From NCBI RefSeq assembly GCF_009914755.1, contig NC_060934.1: 64,000 nt of DNA. One strand, given 5' to 3'. The DNA is from the human T2T-CHM13v2.0 reference genome, Homo sapiens. Below are positions 15,058 to 28,429 of the stretch, piece by piece. The notes beneath the pieces are model-generated. The model had not been told where the DNA came from and did not search any database. It worked only from the letters and a program-made list of their open reading frames with translations. Made by a program: the position numbers and the translations under genes. Within the stretch, counting starts at the first letter, position 1, and each line of letters starts with the position of its first letter.

Positions 15058-15351
15058 TTATTTACTTATTTATTTATTTTTTAGAGACAGGGTCTCACTC
15101 TTTCACCTGGGCTGGGGTGCATTGGCACAATCAGAGTTCACTGGAGCCTCAAGTTCTTGGGCTCAAGCCTCCTGAGTAACTAAGACTACAGGTGCATGCC
15201 ACTATGCCCAAATAATTTTAAAAAAATTTTTAACAGAAACAGAGTCTCACTAAGTTGCTCAGGCTGGTCTTGAACTCCTGGCCTCAACCCATCCTTTCAT
15301 CTCGGCCTCCCTAAGTGCTGGAATTACAGTCATGAGCCATGGTGCCCGGCC
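15058..15351 (-). mobile_element. Alu SINE (AluJ-type)
   Basis: Reverse Alu with J-type features (ttcttgggctcaag, gttgctcaggctggtcttgaactcctggcctca). Confidence 0.92.
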
Positions 15352-16374
15352 TAATAAATGATTTTCAATAAATTATATTTAACAAAATGGATTAGAATTA
15401 ACCAAAAAATAAAACTAGTAATTCAAAGCTTTAAGGAGTGGATGTAGGTATGTATCTACGCATGGATGTCTGTTAATTTTGTTTCTTTTTAAATCAGAGA
15501 AAACAAATTTGAAAAGATTCTTTGAAAGTAGCTGCCTTCTTATTGTAATTGTTTTACCAAATAGCAAAGTCTAGTTCTTCAAAATTGTCAGAACCTGTTA
15601 TTTATACTCCATTTATTCTTATGATTGGGCAATGTGTGGCACATTTAAGGATTATTTTCCAGTATATCATAAATATATTAACAATGTGACACTTTAAGGA
15701 TCTAAGGAGGACTGAAAATTTTATCTGAGGAATTCGTTAGTCTATCACAGAGGTAGCTCTTTGATACCTAAGTCATCACCTTTTATAGAACGTAACATAA
15801 AGGTTGAAGTTTTCACAGAATAAGTAATACTGTGAATTTTCAGATAGAGTGTAAACTCCTCTGGGTTGGCTGGCTTTTCTGTCCTTACAGAGCTGCCCAT
15901 TGTGGTCAAATTGACCACATGAGAAGTTGATGATGCAGTTATGCCATGCATAGCAACCGCAGCAGGCCTTCCTCATTCCAATGTAAATATTCATTATATG
16001 AAGCATTATCTAAGACCCTTTTGCCTTGAAAGAGAGAGTAAAAAATTAATCAGGAGTAGAGTCTCTAAAATATTCATTTCCCTGGTTCATGGAGTCATAC
16101 AAGCTTCTTTATCATCTCAGCATTTTAGTCTAGTCCAAAAGCCCAAAGACTAAATAAAGTAATTGATACATGGCATCCATGAAAATAATACAAGTAAAAT
16201 ATGGCTTTATGTTGACTATGCAAATTTCATATGAAAGAAATTGTTTCCAAGAAACTTAACTCAATAAAATTTAAACCATAAATATTTTTCACCAATTTTA
16301 TTCAATAAATACTTACTGAGAACCTACTGTTTCCTGGCCTTGTTATACTTGTTTGGAATTCATTTGAGAAGTCA

Positions 16375-17575
16375 ACCATATAATACTTCATGACATTGGT
16401 CTAGGCACAGGTTTTTTTGGATAAAAACTTAAAAGCACAAACAGTGAAAGCAAATTTAAAGGCATCTTAACAGAAAAAAAAAACAATCAGCAGAGTAAAG
16501 AGACAACCTAAGAACAGGAAAAAATATTTCCAAACCATGTATCAGATAAGATATTAATATCCAAAATATATAAGGAACTCAAACAACTCAATAGCAAGAA
16601 AACAAATAACCTGATTAAACAATGGGCAAAAAAATCTGAATAGATATTTCTCAAAAGAAGACATCAAAATAGCCAACAGATATATGAAAAATATATTTAA
16701 CATTACTAATCTTCTGGGAAATGCACATAAAAACCACAATATCATCTCATCCCAATTCGAATATTATCAAATAGACAAAAAATAACAAATAATGGCGGGG
16801 ATGTAGGAAAAGGGAAACTCTATTACACTGTTTGTGGGAATGTAAATTAGTACAGTGTTTATGAAAAACAATATGGAGGTTCCTCTAAAAATTAACAATA
16901 GAACTACCATATGATCCAGTCATTCTACTACTGGGTACACATCCAAAGGAAATGAAATCAGTATGTCTTAGAGATATCCACTTCCATGTTTATTGCAGCA
17001 CTATTCACAATAGCCAAGATATGAACCAACCTAATTGTTCATCAACTGATAAATGAATAAAGAAAATGTGGTATATATACACAATGGAATACCATTCAGC
17101 CATAAAAAAATAAATCCTGTTATTCAAGGCAACATAAAAGAACCTGAAATGAAATAAGCCAGGCACAGAAAGACAAATACCACTTGATCTCACTCACATG
17201 GAATTTAAAAGAGCTGATTTCATAGTAGAGAGTAAAACAGCAGTTGCTAGAGACTGAGAAGTAGAGTGAGAAGGAAAGATGGAGAGAGACTGGTCAAAAA
17301 ATTCAAAGTTACATTTGCACAGGATGAATAAGTTCTGGTGCTTTATTGCACATTAGAGTGATTATGGTAAAAAGTATTGTATTGTATGTTTCAAAATACT
17401 TAGAAGAAAGAATTTTGAATGTTTTTACCACAAACAAAATGATAACTGTGTGAGATGATGGATATGCTGTATACCCTGAAAAGATTATTACATAATGTAT
17501 AGATGTAGGAAACATCACACTATACCCCATAAATATGCATAATTATTATGTGTCAAAAACAAAATTTTTAAAAGT
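16375..17575 (+). mobile_element. LINE-1 3' fragment (L1MA-type)
   Basis: ORF2 C-terminal region and 3'UTR: cttcatgacattggtctaggca...gaactaccatatgatccag...tataccccataaatatgcataattattatgtgtca. Confidence 0.9.
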
Positions 17576-17845
17576 TAATCACTCTCTAATGAAAGTATCT
17601 TTTGGCTCCTAGACACCTGATTTTTTTTTTCCATTTTGCCAAAAGTCAAATTCTACATACTAAAACAAAGAATTTATTGTATCCTTTCAAAACAATATAT
17701 TTTAATAGCATCTATAGATTCATCAAGCAATGATGTAATGAACACAATAAAAGCTTGAGTAATCTAACTACTTTACAATAGAAATTGTAATGTTTTTGTT
17801 TTTGTTTTGTACGTTCAATCCTCTGAAAAACATGACTCTTCCTGA

Positions 17846-18138
17846 TTTTTTTTTCTTTTTTGAAAGGAGTCTTGCTCTATTGCTCAGTCTGGAGTGCGGT
17901 AGCACGATCTCAGCTCACTGCAACCTCCGCCTCCTGAGTTCAAGCAATTCTTCCTGCCTCAGCCTCCAGAGTAGCTTGGATTACAAGCACCACCACCTTG
18001 CCAGGCTAATTTTTGTATTTTTTTAGTAGAGACGGGGTTTTGCCATGTTGGCCAGGCTGGTGTTGAACTCCTGACCTCTGGTGATCCACCCACCTCCCAA
18101 ACTGCTGGGATTATAGGCGTGAGCCACTGTGACTGGCC
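17846..18138 (-). mobile_element. Alu SINE (AluS-type)
   Basis: Poly-T then a reverse Alu dimer ending gagccactgtgactggcc. Confidence 0.95.
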
Positions 18139-19258
18139 AATATTTTAAATGTTAATGTCTATCATTATATTTTCTCATTCTCTTTTGCTGTACTTATTAA
18201 ATGGTCTATTATCCTAGAAAATAGGTAAGAAGATGAAAAACAAACAAGTAGCATAAGATCTGAAACTGATTGATAAGTTATACATTAAATATATGATTTG
18301 ATTTGCTTAAGACCTCTAGTATTTCTATTCCTTTTTTAATTTTTAGAGTTTCAAAATTTCATTATAATTTTGGTTAAATTTACTGACTTCTCAAAACTTC
18401 TAAAGTTTAATGAACTATATACCCATCAGTGTATTAAGCAGAAAAATAGTTTAGAAAATTGTCACCAAAGTATGCACTTTGTATCTGAAAACAATAATGA
18501 GGCTTCTCTCTGACCATTAATCTTGGGCTTTTATGACACACAACAATTTTACTATTTTGTTTATTTGCTTGGTTTATAGTACATGAAGACAGAAATATTA
18601 TAGTTTCTGTTTCATGTAGCACATTTCTTTAAAAATGTGTTTTAAAATGCCTTTTTTTCTGCAAAACTGAATTCCAGTACCTAATTTCTCTGTTACTTTG
18701 GTGGGCCAGGAGTCCTGCCGAGAAGAATATTGATGTCTCTCTCATCAGAGGTTTTTGATAATGTCAGGTTTCCAATATATCCTAGGGGTATATTTTTACC
18801 TTTTTAAAACAAAATTTATTTTTGCCTATTTTTTTCGTTCTAAGGCTCTTTATGACAGGACTATTTAAAGCACTGAGGACAAGACAAGATGTTTATATAT
18901 ACTTCCTGCTGTTTAATATTCATGCAATTCTGACAAGATTAATATACTAATTTCTCTGTCATTAGTTTCATTAACAGATATTAATTATATCTGAATCTAA
19001 ATGCCAAATGAATAGACAGTTGGGATTCAATTCTATTTAAGATAATCGAAGTTCTCTTTACAATCATGATTGGGGTGGCATACATACCATCTATTCTGGT
19101 TAGAGATGGACTCTGGACGCTAGATAAAACACTTGGGATTAAAACACTTATCCTAGAACTTATCATTATAGGCACTTCACATAATGGGGGAAACTGAATA
19201 TTTACAATAACTTTTTGGAATAGTTGATGATGATGATGATGGGAAAGAGAGAGAGAAA

Positions 19259-19554
<296 letters not shown>

Positions 19555-19608
19555 AGAGAGAGAGAGAGGAGAGAGAAACATCCTTTTTTCTGGTAAAATT
19601 TAGAGACT

Positions 19609-22600
19609 AGATTGTCCAATGAAGATGGCTGAATAGGAACAGCTCCGGTCTGCAGCTCCCAGTGTGACTGACGCAGAAGATGGGTGATTTCTGCATTTCC
19701 AACTGAGGTACTGGTTCATCTCACTGGTTGAATAGTGGGTGCAGCCCACGGAGGGCGAGCCACAGCAGGGTGGGGTGTCACCTCACCCAGGAAGCACAAG
19801 GGGTCAAGGGATTTCCCTTTCCTAGCCAAGGGAAGATGTGACATACTGTACCTGGAAAAATGGGACACTCCCGCCCAAATACTGTGCTTTTCCCAAGGTC
19901 TTCGCAACTGGCAGACAAAGAGATTCTCTCCTGTGCCTGGCTCGTCAGGTCCCACACCCACAGAGCCTTGCACACTGCTAGTGCAGCAGTCTGAGATTGA
20001 ACTGCGGGGCAGCAGCCTGGCTGGGGGAGGTGCGTCTGCCATTGCTGAGGCTTGAGTAGGTAAACAAAGCAGCCAGGGAGCTCGAACTGGGCAGAGCCCA
20101 CCACAGCTCAGCAAGGCCTACTGCCTCTATAGACTCCACATATTTGGGCAGGGCATAGCTGAACAAAAAGCAGCAGGCAACTTCTGCAGACTTAAAAATC
20201 CCTGTCTGACGCTCTGAAGAGAGCAGTTGTTCTCCCAGCATGGCATTTGGGATCTGAGAACTAATAGACTGCCTCCTCAAGTGGGTCCCTGACCCCCGTT
20301 TAGCCTAACTGGGAGACACCTCCCAGTACGGGCTGACAGACACCTCATATAGGCAGGTGCCCCTCTGGGATGAAGCTTCCAGAGGAAGGATCAGGCAGCA
20401 ATATTTGCTGTTCTGCAGCCTCCACTGGTGATACCTAGGCAAACAGGGTCTGGAGTGGAACTCCAGCAAACTCCAACAGACCTGCAGCTGAGGGACCTGA
20501 ATGTTAGAAATAAAACTAACAAAGGAATAGCATCAACATCAACAAAGCAGAAAGGAATAGCATCAACATCAACAAAAAGGACATTTATACCAAAACCCCA
20601 TCTGTGGGTCACCAACATCAAAGACCAAAGGTAGATAAAACCACGAAGATAGGGAGAAAACAGAGCAGAAAAGCTGAAAATTCTAAAAACCAGAGTGCCT
20701 CTTCTCCTCCAAAGGAATGCAGCTCCTCACCAGCAACAGAGCAAAGCTGGATGGAGAATGACTTTGATGAGTTGACAGAAGTAGGCTTCAGAAGGTCAGT
20801 AATAACAAACGTCTCCAAGCTAAAGGAGCAAGTTTGAACCCATTGCAAGGAAGCTAAAATCCTTGAAAAATGGTTAGACGAATGCCTAACCAGAATAAAC
20901 AGTGAAGGGAGACCTTAAATGAACTGATGGAGCTGAAAACCATGGCACAAGAACTTTGTGATGCATACACAAGCTTCAATGGCCAATTCGATCAAGTGAA
21001 AGAAAGGGTATCAGTGATTGGAGATCAAATTAATGAAATAAAGTGAGAAGAGAAGGTTAGAGAAAAAGGAGTAAAAAGAAACAAACAAAGCCTCCAAGAA
21101 ATATAGGACTATGTGAAAAGACCAAATCTACATTTGATTGGTGTACCTGAAAGTGATGGGGAGAATGGAACCAAGTTGGAAAACACTATTCAGGATATTA
21201 TCCAGGAGAACCTCCCCAAACTAGCAATGCAGGCCAACATTCAAATTCAGGAAATACAGAGAAAACCACAGACACTCCTTGAGAAGAGCATCCCCAAGGC
21301 ACAAAATTGTCAGATTCACCAAGGTTGTAATGAAGGAAAAAGTGTTAAGGGCAGCCAGAGAGAAAGGTCGAGTTACCCACAAAGGGAAGCCAATCAGACT
21401 AACAGTGGGTCTCTCAGCAGAAACCCTGCAAGCCAGAACAGATTGGGGGCCAATATTCAACGTTCTTAAAGAAAAGAATTTTCAACCCAGAATTTCATAT
21501 CTAGTCAAACTAAGCTTCCTAAGTGAAGGGGAAATAAAATCCTTTATGGACAAGCAAATGCTGAGATATTTTGTCACCACCAGGCCTGCCTTACAAGAGC
21601 TTCTGAAGGAAGCAGTAAAGATGGAAAGAAACAACCAATACCAGCCACCTCAAAAACATGCCAAATTGTAAAGACCATGGATGCTATGAAGAAACTGCAT
21701 CAGTTAACTGGCAAAATAACCAGCGAACATCATAATGACAGGATCAAATTCACACATAAAAATATTAACCTAAAATGTAAATGGGCTAAATGTCCTAATT
21801 AAAAGATACAGACTGGCAAATCGGATAAAGGGTCAAGATCAATCAGTGTGCTGTATTCAAGAGACACATCTCACATACAAAGACGAATATAGGCTCAAAA
21901 TAAAGGGATGGAGGAAGATCTACCAAGCAAATGGAAAGCTAAAAAAAGCAGGGGTTGCAATCTTAGTCTCTGATAAAACAGATTTTAAACCAACAAAGAT
22001 CAGAAGAGACAAAGAAGGCCATTACATAATGGTTAAAGGGATCAATTCAACAAGAAGAGCTAACTATCCTAAATATATATGCACCTAATACAGGAACACC
22101 CAGATTCATAAAGCAAGTCCTTAGAGACCTACAAAGAGACTTAGACTCCCACACAATAATAATGGGAGACTTTAACGCCTCACTGTCAATATTAGACAGA
22201 TCAACAAGACAGAAGGTTAACAAGGATATCCAGGACTTGAACTCATTCATTTGAACTCGCACTTATAAAATTGACCACATAATTGGAAGTAAAGCACTCC
22301 TCAGTAAATGTGAAAGAACAGAAATCACAACAAATTGTCTCTCAGACCACAGTGCAATCAAACTAGAACTCAGGATTAAGAAACTCACTCAAAAATGCAC
22401 AACTACAAGGAAACTGAAAAACCTGCTCCTGAATGACTACTGGGTAAATAACAAAATGAAAGCAGAAATAAAGATGTTCTTTGAAACCAGTGAGAGAAAA
22501 GACACAACATTCCAGAATCTCTGGGACACATTTAAAGCAATGTGTAGAGGGAAATTTATAGCACTAAATGCCCACAAGAGAAAGCAGGAAAGATCTAAAA

Positions 22601-25600
22601 TCAATACCCTAATATCACAGCTGAAAGAACTAGAGAAGCAAGAGCAAACAAATTCAAAAGCTAGCAGAAGGCAAGAAATAAGTAATATCAGAGCAGAACT
22701 GAAGGAGATAGGGACACAAAAAACCCTTCAAAAATCAATGAATCCAGGAGCTGGTTTTTTGAAAAGACCAACAAAATTGATAGACCTTTAGAAGACTAAT
22801 AAAGAGGAAAAGAGAGAAGAATCAAACAGACACAATAAAAAATGACAAAGTGGATATCACCACAGATCCCACAGAAATACAAACTACCACCAGAGAATAG
22901 TATAAATACCTCTATGCAAATAAACCGGAAAATCTAGAAGAAATGTATAAATTCCTGGACACATATGCCCTCCCAAGACTAAACCAGGAAGAAGTTGAAT
23001 CTCTGAATAGACCAATAACAGGATCTGAAATTGAGGCAATAATTAATAGCCTATCAACCAAAAAAGGTCCAGGGCCAGACGGATTCACAGCCTAATTATA
23101 CCAGAGGTACGAAGAGGACTTGGAACCATTCCTTCTGAAACTATTCCAATTAATAGAAAAAGAGGGAATCCTCCCTAACTCATTTTACGAGGCCAGCATC
23201 ATCCTGATACCAAAGCCTGGCAGAGACACAACAAAAACAGAGAATTTTAAACCAATATCCCTGATGAACATTGATGCAAAAATCCTCAATAAAATACTGG
23301 CAAACCAAATCCAGCAGCACAAGAAAAAGCTTATCCACCACAATCAAGCTGGCTTCATTCCTGGGATGCAAGGCTGGTTCAACATACACAAATAAATAAA
23401 TGTAATCCATCACATAAACAGAACCAATGACAAAAACCACATGATTATCTCAATAGATGCAGAAAAGACCTTCAACAAAATTCAATGGCCCTTCATGCTA
23501 AAAACTCTCAATAAATCAGGTATTGATGGGATGTATCTCAAAATAATAAGAGGTATTTATGACAAACCCACAGCCAATATCATACTGGATGGGCAAAAAA
23601 TGGAAGCATTCCTTTTGAAAACTGGAACAAGACAGGGATGTCCTCTCTCACCACTCCTTTTCAACATAGTGTTGGAAGTTCTGGTCAGGCAAATCAGGCA
23701 AGAGAAAGAAATAAAGGACATTCAATTAGGAAAAGAAGAAGTTAAATTGTCCCTGTTTGCAGATGACATGATTGCATATTTAGAAAGCCCCATTGTCTCA
23801 GCCCAAAAATTCCTTAATCTGATAGGCAAATTCAGCAAAGTCTCAGATACAAAATCAATGTGCAAAAATCACAAGCATTCCTATATGTCAATAACAGACA
23901 GAGAGCCAAATCATGAGTGAACTCCCATTCACAATTGCTACAAGGAGAATAAAATACCTAGGAATCCAACTTACAAGGGATGTGAGGGACCTTTTCAAGG
24001 AGAACTACAAACCACTGCTCAATGATATAAAAGACACAAAAATATGGAAGAAAATTCCATGCTCATAGATAGGAAGAATCAATATTGTGAAAACGGCCAT
24101 ACTGCCCAAGGTAATTTATAGATTCAATGCCATCCCCATCAAGCTACCAATGACTTTCTTCACAGAATTGGAAAAAAACTACTTTAAAGTTCAAGTGGAA
24201 ATAAAAAAGAGCCCGCATTGCCAAGACAATCCTAAGCAAAAAAGAACAAAGCTGGAGGCATCATGTAACCTGACTTCAAACTATACCACAAAGCTACAGT
24301 AACCAAAACTGCATGGTACTGGTACAAAAACAGATATATAGACCAATGGAACAGGAAACTGGGCTCAGAAATAACACCACACATCTGCAACCATCTGATC
24401 TTTGACAAACCTGACAAAAACAAGCAATGGGGAAACGATTCCCTATTTAATAAATGGTGCTAGGAAAACTGGCTAGCCACATGTAGAAGGCTGAAACTGG
24501 ATCCCTTCCTTACACCTTATACAAAAATTAATTCAAGATGGATTAAAGACTTAAATGTTAGACCTAAAATCATAAAAACCTGAGAGGAAAACCTAGGCAA
24601 TACCATTCAGGACATAGGCATAGGCAAACACTTCATGACTAAGACACCAAAAGCAATGGCACTAAAAGCCAAAATAGACAAATGGGATTGAATTAAACTA
24701 AAGAGCTTCTGCACAGCAAAAGAAACTACCATCAGAGTGAACAGGTAACCTACAGAATGGGAGACAATTTTTGCAATCTACCCATCTGACAAAGGGCTAA
24801 TATCCAGAATCTACAAAGAACTCAAACAAATTTACAAGACAAAAACAAAAAAACCCATTAAAAAGTGGTCAAAGGCTATGAACAGATTCTTCTCAAAAGA
24901 AGACATTTATGCAGCCAACAGACACATGAAAAAATGCTCATCATCACTGGTCACCAGAGAAATGCAAATCAAAACCACAATGAGATACCATCTCACACCA
25001 GTTAGAATGACAATCATTAAAAAGTCGGGAAACAACAGATGCTGGAGAGGATATGAAGAAATAGGCACACTTTTACACTGTTGGTGGGAGTTTAAATTAT
25101 TTCAACCAGTGTGGAAGACATTGTGGCGATTTCTTAAGGATCTAGGACTAGAAATACCATTTGACCCAGCAATCCCATTACTGGATATATACCCAAAGGA
25201 TTATAAATCATGCTACTATAAAGACACATGCACACGTATGTTTATTGCAGCACTATTCACAGTAGCAAAGACTTGGAACCAACCCAAATGTCCAACAATG
25301 ATAGACTGGATAAAGAAAATATGGCACATATACACCATGGAATACTGTGCAGCCATAAAAAAGGATGAGTTAATGTTCTTTGCAGGGACATGGATGAAGC
25401 TGGAAACCATTATTCTCAGCAAATTATCACAAGGACAGAAATCCAAACACCACATGTTCTCATAGTTGGGAATCGAACAATGAGAACACTTGGACACATG
25501 GCAGGGAACATCACACACTGGGGCCTGTCAGAGGGTGGGGGGCTGGGGAAGGGATAGCATTGGGAGAATTACCTAACGTAAATGACGAGTTAATGGGTGC

Positions 25601-25683
25601 AGCAAACAAACATGCCACGTGTATACCTATGTATTCAATCTGCACGTTGTACACATGTACCCTAGAACTTAAAGTATAAAAAC
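19609..25683 (+). mobile_element. Full-length (about 6.07 kb) inactive LINE-1, L1PA7-like, antisense to PCDH15
   Basis: 5'UTR aagatggctgaataggaacagctcc; ORF1 fragments (21113-21671); ORF2 endonuclease (CCIQETHL), RT ([19 protein letters not shown]) and C-terminal ([16 protein letters not shown]) fragments broken by stops and frameshifts; 3'UTR to aaagtataaaa; imperfect TSD aaatt(t)agagac at 19596-19607 and 25686-25696. Confidence 0.97.
19716..20042 (-). other. L1 ORF0-homologous antisense ORF (108 codons) in the 5'UTR
   Basis: gcaATGG start; MADAPPPARLLPRSSISDCCTSSVQGSVGVGPDEPG... aligns with recalled L1HS ORF0 (MAGAPPPASLPPCSLISDCC...SVGVGPSEPG). Expression unknown. Confidence 0.75.
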
Positions 25684-26353
25684 AGAAATTAGAGACATTT
25701 TCTGCCTCAAATAGATATAACGCATGTTACTAATTTATTAAGCAGAACTCATCAAGATGCCAAAAGATAAAAATCTACTAAATCAATGATATAGTTACCA
25801 AAAGTCACCCTGTATAATTCATGGATTTAGGACATGATTAAGTACATACTTAGCATAATTGAAAGGTGTCCACCTGAAAGCAACAGTAATCACACACACA
25901 CAGACACACACATGAGTCAATCTGTCAAAATTACACACCAAGCTTTTAATTAATTCATCAATTATACATCAGTGTTTCTGGATTATTAGAATTATTTTGA
26001 CACATTAAAAAGTAAACACTCCTAATTTAACTCATATTATTTTTGATAAAGGCATTGTGGTATGCCATCATTTCATAATATACACTGAAACATATTCAAA
26101 TAAAATGAAACTATATCTGAGACATGCTTCAAGTAATTTGGGAAGAAAGGATGGGAGAAGATATAGTTGGTGCAAGTATGCCTATGAATTGGTAATTGTT
26201 GAAACTGGATGATAAATTCATAGTGTGGTCATGATGGTCTTCTGTTTTTTTGTATATATTTGAAAATTGCTATATAAACATTTTTGAAATACAAATTCTT
26301 AGGCCACATTCCAGTCATATTGAATTAGAATACCCTGGAGTTGAAGCTTCAAG

Positions 26354-26944
26354 TGAGAGGTGAAGCCAGCTGAGCTTCTGGGCTGGATGGGGATTTGGAG
26401 AACTTTTGTGTCTAGCTAAAGGATTGTAAATGCACCAATCAGCACTCTGTAAAATCACACCAATCAGCATGCTGCAAAATGGACCAATAAGTGCTCTGTA
26501 AAATGGACCAATCAATTCTCTGTAAAATGGACCAATCAGCACTCTGTAAAATGGGCCAATCAGCAGGATGTGGGCGGGGCCAAATAAGGGAATAAAAGCT
26601 GGCCACCAGAGCCAGCAGCGTCAACCTGCTCGGATCCCCTTCCATGCTGTGGAAGTTTTGTTCTTTGGCTCTTCACAATAAATCTTGCTGGTGCTCACTC
26701 TTAGGGTCCACACCACCTTTAAGAGCTGTAACACTCACTGAGAAGGTTCATGGCTTCACTCCTGAAGTCAGTGAGACTACGAACCCACTGGAAAGAAGAA
26801 ACTCTGGACATATCTGAACATCCAAATGAAGAAACTCCGGACATACCATCTTTAAGACCTGTAACATTCACTGTGAAGCTCCGCGCTTCATTCTTGAAGT
26901 CAGCAAGACCAAGAACCCAGTGGAAGGAACAAATTCCAGACACA
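26354..26944 (+). promoter_or_regulatory. 5' LTR (LTR12 family) with six CCAAT boxes, GC box and AATAAA elements
   Basis: tgagaggtgaagccagc...ccagacaca; tandem ccaat repeats at about 26430-26565, gggcggggc near 26571, gaataaaa near 26590, aataaa near 26677. Confidence 0.95.
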
Positions 26945-26946
26945 TT

Positions 26947-26964
26947 TGGCAACCACGAAGGGAT
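26947..26964 (+). promoter_or_regulatory. Retroviral primer-binding site (tRNA-Arg type)
   Basis: tggcaaccacgaagggat starts 3 nt after the LTR end; HERV9 is known to prime with tRNA-Arg. Confidence 0.85.
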
Positions 26965-27042
26965 AATCACCAAGTAGTGAGTACCATCGGACCCCTTTCA
27001 CTTGCAATTCTGTTCTATTTTTCCTTAGAATTCAGGATCTAA

Positions 27043-27651
<609 letters not shown>

Positions 27652-28429
27652 CTATCCTGACCCTTGCCTCCTGGGTCCTCATGCCTGTCAGACAAACTTC
27701 CTCTTGCCTCTCTTCTCTGAGGCTAGTCTCGCTTCTAAAAACCACTCCCTGTCTCTGGTGCTTTTCTAGTTTCTCGTATAAGAATGATTTCTAGCATAAA
27801 CTTTAGGACTCTATTCCCTTCTTTAGGCACCCAGGCTCACCAATCAGAAAGACATAATTTTTGCCCAAAGCCCCATCGGAGGAGCCAGACTATCTTATCT
27901 GGAATTTTAGGACCCCTCCTCAGGCTAGCAGGCCTAACAAAGGCTATTCCTGAAGCTAGGATATGGGGAGCCTCAGAAATTGTATCCTTGCTATTCATAT
28001 AAGTGAGGACAAAAGGCATCACTCTTCCAACCCTGGAGATCTCTTCCCTCTCTCAGGGTATGGCCCTCCACTTCATTTTTGGGGCATAACATCTTTATAG
28101 GGCATGGATAAAGTCCCAATATTAACAGGAGAATGCTTAGGACTCTAACAGGTTTTCTAGAATGCATTGGTAAGGGCCAATAATCCGACCTTCCTCATTC
28201 CTCCTTGTGGTCTAGGAGGAAAACTAGTGTTTCTGCTGCTGTGTTGGTGAGCGCAACTATTCCCATCAGCAGGGTCCAGGGACTGTTGTGGGTGCTTGGG
28301 CAAGAGGGGTTTCTGCTGCCACGTCAGTGAGTGTAACTATTCTGATCAGCAGGGTCCAGGGACCACTGTGGGTTCTTGGGCAGGGGGAGAAACAAACAAA
28401 ACAAAACCGCAGGTGGTTTTGTCTTTCAG

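Noticed and set aside
14195-16153. Several 68-93 aa ORFs in apparently unique sequence
   Set aside because: No recognisable domain or splice sites; lengths expected by chance. Non-coding conservation cannot be judged without alignments.
18693-18782. Possible minus-strand exon (…YIGNLTLSKTSDERDINILLGRTPGPPK*)
   Set aside because: No polypyrimidine tract before the AG, wrong phase for the host intron, no resemblance to a cadherin.
21113-25465. L1 ORF1/ORF2 as functional genes
   Set aside because: Fragmented by many stops, frameshifts and an endonuclease deletion.
28228-28388. About 80-bp tandem duplication in the HERV9 leader
   Set aside because: Real, but I recall it as a family feature of the HERV9 leader rather than locus-specific.
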